Below are positions 16,373 through 24,500 of a stretch of DNA of 32,421 bases, piece after piece. The stretch is from an uncultured Planctomycetales bacterium (GTDB taxonomy: Bacteria > Planctomycetota > SZUA-567 > JAFGNG01). Where the stretch lies: the NCBI GenBank assembly GCA_964553265.1, contig CAZKKD010000002.1, positions 1 to 32,421 of the forward strand, in the 5' to 3' direction. Position 1 is the stretch's first letter. Every line of letters begins with the position of its first letter. A model generated the notes under the pieces. That model was not told the origin of the DNA. It did no database searches and worked only from the letters and a program-made list of their open reading frames with translations. Made by a program: the position numbers and the translations under genes.

Positions 16373-17475
16373 ATGCGGGCGAGGATCTCCAGGCCGCGAT
16401 CGATGACCTTGTCGTCCGCGGCATAGGAGAGGCGGAAGTGGGTGGTCTGCTCGGAGAAGACGCTGCCCGGGATGATGAGGAGATCGTTGCCGATCGCTTC
16501 GGTGACAAACTCGGTATCCGTCCCCCAGGGCACGCGCGGAAAGATGTAAAACGCGCCTCCCGGTGTCGTTACGTCATAGCCGGCCTCCGCGAGGCCCGCG
16601 ACCATGCGGTCGCGCTTGGCGCGGTACTCCGCGATGCGGTCGGTGAGCGGCTGGCCCAGCACGGCCGCGCCCGCGACCTGCGCAAAGCTCGGCGCGCAGA
16701 CGTAGGTGAACTGCTGCAGCTTGGTCATCGCGGCGATCAGCTCCGCCGGACCGGCCGCGTACCCCAGCCGCCAGCCCGTCATGGCGTGGCTCTTGCTCCA
16801 CCCGCCGAGGACCAGCGTCGACTCATACACCTCGGCGATGGACGGCGCCGGGCCGTCGTAGGCGTAATCGGCATAGATCTCGTCGCTGATGACGAGCAGG
16901 TTCCGCTTCCGGGCGACCTCCGCCAGCGCGCGCAGGCTGTCGGCGTCGTAGACCGCGCCGGTGGGGTTGGCCGGGCTCGACAGCACGATGGCGCGGGTGC
17001 GGTCGGTGATCGCGGCGGCAAAGCGGTCGGGATCGATCTGGAAATCGGGATAGGTGTCCACGTAGACCGGCCGGGCCCCGCACATCAGCGCAAGTTGCTT
17101 GTAGGACACGAAATACGGATCCGTCGTGAGAATCTCGTCGCCCGGATTGAGAAGCGCCAGAAAGGCAAGCGTCAGGCCTCCGCTGACACCGGAAACCACA
17201 AGCACCTGCTCTGGCTGATAGTTGCGGCTCGCGGGGAGCTGGGACAGCAGCGCTTCGCGGAGTTCCGGCCCGCCCTGGGTCTGCGTGTAGGCGTTTTTGC
17301 CCGCGCGGATGGCCGCGCAGGCGGCGTCCTTGGCCGCCTCGGGGACGTCGAAGTGCGGCTGGCCGATGGAGAGATTGACCGGATTTTTGATGCTGCGGGC
17401 GAGGTCGAAGACCTTGCGGACGCCGCTGACATCCATCGACGCGACGCGGTCGGAGAGTGGGACGGAGATGGCCAC
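16360..17475 (-). CDS. Pyridoxal-phosphate-dependent aminotransferase, class I/II (AspC-like, 371 aa, GTG start)
   Basis: ORF 16360..17475 (-). Landmarks: LSDRVASMDVSGVRKVFDLA...NLSIGQPHFDVP, TQGGPELREAL, GDEILTTDPYF, the PLP-lysine region GGWSKSHAMTGWRLGY, and ANPTG. Confidence 0.88.
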   Translation of the reverse strand: MAISVPLSDRVASMDVSGVRKVFDLARSIKNPVNLSIGQPHFDVPEAAKDAACAAIRAGKNAYTQTQGGPELREALLSQLPASRNYQPEQVLVVSGVSGGLTLAFLALLNPGDEILTTDPYFVSYKQLALMCGARPVYVDTYPDFQIDPDRFAAAITDRTRAIVLSSPANPTGAVYDADSLRALAEVARKRNLLVISDEIYADYAYDGPAPSIAEVYESTLVLGGWSKSHAMTGWRLGYAAGPAELIAAMTKLQQFTYVCAPSFAQVAGAAVLGQPLTDRIAEYRAKRDRMVAGLAEAGYDVTTPGGAFYIFPRVPWGTDTEFVTEAIGNDLLIIPGSVFSEQTTHFRLSYAADDKVIDRGLEILARIARR

Positions 17476-17649
17476 AGCGGATCCCCCGGCTCGGGTGCGC
17501 GCCGCGGACCGGACCGCCGGCCGCGACGGGCACCTATGACGCGCGCGACGGCCCGAAGGTCGCCGCGCGCAATGGGTTCGTTTCGAAGCGGACGCCGTCG
17601 GGCGCCCCCGGACGACGCCGCGGATGCAGGCGCACGGGCACGCGAACGC

Positions 17650-17865
17650 TCAGGCCGCGGCTTCCTCGCCTTCGGCCTGGTCCTTCTTCTTCTTCTTCCT
17701 GGCCATGCGCTTCATGGAGCGCACCTTGGGCAGACCGAAGACGGAACCCTCTTCCGGGCTCCAGCGTTTGCTGTCCTGCAGCTTGTCGAGGCGCTCGACG
17801 CGGGTCAGGACGTTGCGGTGGCGCGCCAGGGTATTGGTGGAGCGCAGGCTTCTGTGCAGACTCAT
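17650..17865 (-). CDS. Small basic protein (71 aa), resembling the PVC/Chlamydia 'small basic protein' family
   Basis: C-terminal part of ORF 17650..18165 (-). The start is at MSLHRSLRSTNTLARHRNVLTRVERLDKLQDSKRWSPEEGSVFGLPKV (ATG 17865), with GAGGAA 7 nt upstream. The HRNVLTR.ER...L.....W......GLPK pattern and the Lys-rich tail match my memory of that family. Confidence 0.6.
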   Translation of the reverse strand: MSLHRSLRSTNTLARHRNVLTRVERLDKLQDSKRWSPEEGSVFGLPKVRSMKRMARKKKKKDQAEGEEAAA

Positions 17866-17931
17866 GGGTACGTTCCTCAAAGACTCCTGCCATGCCCCTT
17901 CCCTGCGGGGCTGGACGATTGGAAGCAGAAC

Positions 17932-17960
17932 CGTATACCACGACGGGGCAGGCTTGTAAA
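17932..17960 (-). promoter_or_regulatory. Candidate sigma70-type promoter for the small basic protein gene
   Basis: On the minus strand: TTTACA (17960-17955), a 17-nt spacer, then TATACG (17937-17932), about 65 nt upstream of ATG 17865. Confidence 0.35.
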
Positions 17961-18353
17961 GCGTTTTCCCTTCCTTTTCCGTCCGCAGGCGGCGGATTTC
18001 CGGCCCCCCGCTCCGGGACCCGTCTCCGGGAGCGGCGCGCAGGGCGGCGGGCGCGACCCGGGCGGTCGGGATCGACGACGATTCCCCACGAAATCGCCAG
18101 GCTTTTCCGGAAACGAAACCCGGCTTCGGCACAGTGGACAGAACCGGACACGCGTCGGCGGCCACTGCCCCGGATCCGGCACATCAACCGATCGTCATTT
18201 TCTTGTACGAAAGCCTGCCATGCATTCGCAAGACAGGCGAACCGGCGGCACACCACCGGGATTGTCCGAAACGCACAGATCCCGCACAGCGACTCCACCG
18301 CGGACCTGAAGGCCCAACGCCTGGCCCGCCTGCCGAAGGGCAACAGATCCGAG

Positions 18354-18383
18354 TTGACAAACAGGGATGGATCAGACTACGAT
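18354..18383 (+). promoter_or_regulatory. Candidate sigma70-type promoter for the giant-gene cluster
   Basis: A perfect TTGACA (18354-18359), an 18-nt spacer, then TACGAT (18378-18383). This would give a leader of about 180 nt before ATG 18568. Confidence 0.3.
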
Positions 18384-18567
18384 GGACAAAACAAGTCCTG
18401 TTATTGCTTTCGTTTGCGACCGAAACAACGGCAGCGATGCGCCAGCGGTCCGACGCGCATCAGCATGGCGGCAGCGGTCCGGACAGGCCGGGCGCTCTCC
18501 CGCCGCGACGCATCGACTTCACACGGGTGGCGGAACCATACCACGCACGGATAACGGAGGAGCGAAC

Positions 18568-21500
18568 ATGAGGTACTCCGAAACGGGGTTCTGGAACTGG
18601 CTGATCGCGGCTTCCCTGCTGATCCTGGCGACGGCGGGCGCGGCCGATGCCGGCGAATTCGACCAGGCGCGCGCCGCCCTGGACGCCGGCGAGTACCAGA
18701 AGGCCGAGGATCTGCTGGAGAAGGAGCTGGCGAAGGCTTCCCCCGCCACGGAGGCGCTGGAGATCAGCATGCAGGCCGCGATGAAGAGCGGCCGCGTGGT
18801 CACCGCCCAGAAGCGGGTGAGTGCGCTGATGAAGGTGAAGGGCACGAGCGACCCCGACTTCGTGCGCCAGGCCGCCGAGATTGCCCAGCGCGCCGGCGAA
18901 GAGGCCAACGCGCTGCAGCGCTACCGCGAGTACCTCCGCTCCAACCCGCCGAAGAGCCCCGAGCTCCGGGTCGCGCTGGTGAACATGCTCAAGCTCGATC
19001 CGGACGTGGCCGCCTACAAACTGCTGGTCAACCAGTTCGGCGGCGCCGAGCAGGCCTGGTTCATCGGCGCGAACCAGCTGCAGCGCCTCTTCTACGAAAA
19101 GCGGTCCGGCGAAGGGCTGGAGCTGGCCGCCTTTCTGCTGGCGAAATACCCGGACGTTGACCACGTCAACTTCGTCCACGAACAGGTGAGCGACGCCGCG
19201 CAGAACCACCGCATCACCGGCGGCGCGCGCGACCGCTTCGTCAAGCCCCTGCAGGTGCTGCTGCAGAGCAAGCCCTCGACGGTGGAGCACCTCCTCTACC
19301 TCTTCGGCGAAGCGCGCCAGCACGCGATGAAGCCCGACGAGCGCCTCAAGGCCGCGCTCAAGATCCAGTCCCTGGCGGGCACGCCCCTGCCGGCGGATGC
19401 CTTCGAAGGCTTTCACGACATGCGCGGGCTGCAGAGCGAGGCCGACCGCGTCGGCGCCGGGCAGGCATTCCTCAAGCTGGATACCATTTACAAGAACAGC
19501 GCGGACCCGGCGGATTATGCCCGCTACGTGCGCGTGATCACCGACTCGCCCGAGGTCTTCGCCATCCCCGGCAAGCCGCTCTTGAACGCCGGCGCCGTGC
19601 AGGAGATGGTCCAGGCGCTTGTCCAGAAAAACGCCGGCCAGGCGGCCCCCTACGACCACCACATCCGCCAGGTGGCCGAGCACTACATCAAGGACCCGGG
19701 CGCGAAGGTGGCGTTCCTCCAGCGCTTCGCCGCCGGCTGTCCCGCGCAGGGGCCGTCGGTCACGATGCTGATGGAGGTCATTCCCGACCAGGCCTTCCCG
19801 CCCTTCGCGGCGGCCTACGCCAAGCAGCACGGCCTGCAGGAAACCGTGATCCTGAAGGCGCAGGGCCTGCCGATCTACAAGCGTCTCGGCGACAAGGCGG
19901 CGCTGCTCCAGGCCGCGCGCGACTACGTGACCACCTACCCCGGCAGCTTCGACGCCAAGCTGGTCTCCGAAAACGTGCTGGAGAGCGACCTCCTGACGCC
20001 GGACGAGAAGCTGGGCCTCGTGGAGGATGTGCTGCGCAAGGGCGGCCCCGGCAACCCGGCGCGCAACCTGGTGGGCAAGCTCTCCCCCTACAAGGGCAAC
20101 GCCAAGTACCAGACCGTCGTGGAGCTGAGCAAGGACGAGGACGGCGGCACCGACCCGGTGATGAAGACGCACGCCCGCATCTGCGCCATCGCCCCCAACC
20201 CCCGCAGCCCCAGCAAGCGGGTCTACGACATTGCCGAAGCGTTCCTGAAGACCTACCAGGGCGCCGTCCCCGGCGGTCGTGAACAGGTCACCTCCACGGC
20301 CGACGCCACCGCGCACGACATCTTTGTCAAGCACATGGAGCACGTCTACGAGAACCCCGGCGAGATTGCCCGCTGCGCCAAACTCTGGGCGCCGCGCCTG
20401 AGCATGGGGTCGGACTGGACGCGGCTGGTGGGCCGCGTGCGGCGCCTGCGGGGCTACGAGACGCTCAACGACATCGCCCCGCACTTCCTGGCGCTGGTCG
20501 AACAGGACGCAAAGCCGGACAACGAGCTCTGGACCGAGATGTCCTTCGCCCAGACGCCCCGCGGCGCCGATCAGAAGACGTCGGTCTTCGCCAAGGTATA
20601 CGAGCGCATGGGGGCGAACAACGCCCTCCGCTACGTCCACGACATGAACCGCGGCAGCTGGCCGCCGGAGCTGTACTTCTTCGAGCTGAGCAAGGTGCTG
20701 ACGCTTCCGGACATTGCCGACGCGTCCTGGGGGCGGATCCGCTCGGTCTCCAACGAGGTGACCCGCCGCGCCCGCAACCAGAAGCCGCCCGCCGAACTGG
20801 GCCAGGGGCTCTGGGCCTACTACACCAGCACGCGCCTGTCCAAGGACCTGCGCGACCTCGGCTTCGAGGCCGAGGTGTACGCCCAGCTCGCCCGCGGCGG
20901 CAACGACCAGGCCGCCGCCGCCTGGCTGGACCAGTACCGCAAGCTGCTGGACCAGCGCACCCCGCGCGGACGGGTGCAGGCGCTGTCGAACCTGCTGGGG
21001 TACCTCCCCCGCGAGCGGAACAACCTGCAGCCCGGCCGCCAGCACCACATGGCGATCAAGGTGATCGGCCCGATGCTCGCCAGCCTCCCGGCCGACGCGC
21101 ACCGGATGGTCTACATCCGCGGCTCGCTGCTGGACGCGATCGAGCATTACCTCAAGGCCGCGCCGCCCAACGAGCCGGAGCGGAAGACCGCCGAGGCCCT
21201 GCAGGCCACCATCGGCGACGTGCTGATCAACGGTGCGTCCTGCGAAGACGGCCGCAAGGCCCTCCCCTGCGTCCGCGACGCCGCCCTCGCCGCGGCGGAG
21301 AAGCTGGACTGGGACCGGCTCGGCCGGGTCAACGAGGCCCTGCCCCGGATCCTCGGCTGGAGCAACGACTGGAACGCCAACGTCAACATCGTCGTCAAGC
21401 CCCTCGCCGACAAGCTGATGGAGAAGGGGGCGCACGAGTTTGCCTACGTCCTCTCCAGCAACCTGGAGAAGAAGACGCGCATGCCCGGCAACGTGCGCGA

Positions 21501-24500
21501 GAACCTGACCCTCATCGAGACCGAGGCCCTCGGCAAGATGGGCGTGCAGCTTATCGACGCGAACAAGGGCAGCGCCCTCTACGACCTCAGCATGGCCGAC
21601 CACTTCTACCAGCGCGAGAACGTCGCCAAGGCGTGGGAGCTCGCCCGGCCGAAGCTGAACCTCGTCGCCGACAACTGGCAGAGCCTGACCCAGCCCTTCG
21701 TGGCCTGGCTCATCGACCGGATGCGCAAGACCCGCGAAGAGGACATGATGAAGGACGCGGTCAACCTCGCCCGCACGGTGCTCCTGAAGGAGAACGAGCT
21801 CGACAAGGCGACCGCCGCGCAGATCTATCTCAGTCTCGGCGATGTGCAGCGCGACCGGCAGAACTACCAGGCCGCCCGCATCGAGTACGAGAGCCTGCGC
21901 AACAACGAGGCGCTGAGCGCGACCCAGGCCGGCTCGATGGCGAAGTTCCGCCTCGTGGAGCTCCTGATCCTGACGCAGAACTACGGCGACGCCGAGCTGC
22001 AGCTTGAGCGCCTGCTGGACGCCGCCGACCCCGAGACGCGGGCGGAAGCGTACTACTACCTGGGGCTCCTGTCCTTCAGGCAGGAAGACTTCGAGACCGC
22101 CCGCGACTACGTGGCCGAGGTGCTGAAGCTGGAGATGTACCACGCCGAAGCGCGCCTGCTGGGGGCGGAGATCCGCCTGCGCATGCGCGATCTGGGCGAC
22201 CCGGACGTGGAGCTCACCCCGGCGCTCCTGGCCGACACCATCGTGCCGACCAAGGTGCTGGTGCTCAAACTGCGCGACCCGAACCTCGGCATCGTCCGGG
22301 CCGGGAGCTTCGTTCCGGTGACGGTCTACACCACCAAGGGGCGCGACAGCGAGGAGGTGAAGCTCTTCCCCTCCACCAGCGACCCCACCCTCTTCCGCGG
22401 CGAGATCCGCACCGACCTCGGCAAGGCCACCCCCGGCAACACCAAGCTGGAGGTGAACGGCGGCGACCAGGTGATGTACATCATCAGCAAGGACTACCAG
22501 GAAGCCAACGGGCTCGACTTCCCGGCCAAGGAACTCGCCATCAAGGCCGACGCCCACCTCGCGGCCAGCAGCGGCGAAATCCTTACCCAGGAAGAGGAGG
22601 AGAAACGCGAGCTCGAGGCCCGCATGCGCCGCCTCGCCGGCGAGCAGGAGGACGAGACCGCCCTCCGCGACCGCGTGCGCGACCAGCGGACCATCCGCCC
22701 GGGCAGCCCCATCTACCTGCAGGTCATCGACTACGACCGCGATCTCGGCGACGAGACTGACACCGTCACCGTGACGCTGAAGACCAGCAGCGGCGACATC
22801 CTGGAGGGCTTCTCCCTCAAGGAGACCGAGCCGCACAGCGCCATCTTCCGCGCCCAGGCGCCCACCGGCCTGCCGCTGCCGAAGGCCGAGGCCTCCGACA
22901 CGCGCGAGGGCGGCCCGCCGCCGGCGGTGCTCATCAACACCCAGCGCAACGAGGTCTGGTCCAGCGTCCCGGACGGCGAACGCCCGAAGAGCGTCGAGGT
23001 GGACACCATGACCTCCGTCCAGGTCGAGAAGGTGGCCCTTCAGGTCGCCGACGGCACCGAGATCCGCAAGCTCCGCCTCGAAGGCTCGCTCATCGAGGGC
23101 TTCCAGACCATCGCCGCCTACCCCGAAGAGACCGGCGGCGCGACCGGGGGGCTCACCCTCACCCTCGCCGACGGGCCGAAACGCGGCGACACCGCCATCG
23201 CCAGCCTGCGCAGCTACCTCCGCGCCAACAGCGACTACAAGGCGCCCCAGCAGGTGAGCTTCTACGACCGCAACAGCACCCCCCGCCGCGGCAACCGGTG
23301 GATCACCGCCGGCGTGAGCGGCGTCTTCTGGATGCCGCAGACCGAGACGCTGGAGTTCAAGTTCCTCCAGGAGCCCAGCCCCGGCGGCATGCAGACCGCC
23401 TATTTCCTCATCGACGGGAAGACCGTCCTCGGCGGCAAGATGGACGCCTTCCGCATCAATTTCACCAAGCGCGTCACCCTGGAGAAGGGCGCGCACCGGC
23501 TGGAGCTGCTCGTGCGCGACTACCCGAGCACCAGCCGCGTGGTGGTGGGCTACAAGCAGCCGGACGGCACCTATGCGGCGCTGCCGGAGAGCTGGTTCAG
23601 CGTCACCGAGCACCCCGAACTCGCCGACGCGCTCAAGCCCAAGGCCAGCATCCAGCGTGAGGGCGACACCTTCACCGCCGTCTTCAACAAGCCGGCCCGC
23701 CTGCGCAAGCTGCGCTGGACGGTGGACGACTACGCCGGCGAAGCCGTGGCGGCCAAGACCTTCACCGTCGTCGCCGACGGCGGCAAGACCATCGTCCCCG
23801 CCGAAGACGACTTCACCAGCGGCACCCAGAACAAGACCCTCGAGATCGCCCCAGGCGACCGCATCACCGTCGCCTACGAGGACGAGAAGAACACCCGCGG
23901 CGGCGACCCCGTCCTCACCGAGAACCTCAACGCCAGCTTCTACAACGGGGCGCTGGAACTCGTGAAGGAGAACATCTACACCGACGAGCGCGGCGAACGC
24001 CGCACCGTCCTCTTCCACGCCCGCCGCTGCAAGGCCGGCGACCAGGTGCTCGTCCGCATCGAGGACTGGGACCTCGACGTCTCCGACGAACGCGAGAAGG
24101 TGCCCTTCGTCGCGCGCACGAGCTCGGGCGAAGAGCTGACCCTCGAAGCGCTCGAAACCGGCCGCGACGAGGAGATGCACGACCACGCCGGCGTCTTCGT
24201 CCAGCGGCTGCGCTTCGGCGACCAGACCGGCGGCAACACCCTGAAGGTCCAGCCCGGCGACACCATCACCGTCTCCTATCTCGACCGCGAGAACACCGAC
24301 CCCGGCATCCCGATCGACCGCGAGGCCGTCGTCGAGGAGGCGAGCGGCGAGGACGCCTTCTTCACCGTCTACCGGACCTCCATCCAGATGGTCCCCGACG
24401 AGAGCCCCGCCGCCCAGGCGCGGCTGAAGCGCCTCGCGCAGGAGCTCGGCGAGGAAGAGGCGAAGAAGGTGGAGATCCTCCGGCCGCAGATCATCGCCGC

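Noticed and set aside
17890-17945. Short word matches (gggctgga, ggaagc, gaaccgtat, ccacgacg) to the 100-bp inverted-repeat element at 14109-14208
   Set aside because: The shared 8-9-mers are not colinear, and no terminal inverted repeat or hairpins are present. This is most likely chance in GC-rich DNA, so it was not counted as a second copy.
17866-17960. A possible SRP-RNA-like GGAAGCAG motif near 17920
   Set aside because: The surrounding sequence does not form the conserved domain IV helix (the flanks are not complementary). The region is better explained as the promoter and 5' UTR of the small basic protein gene.
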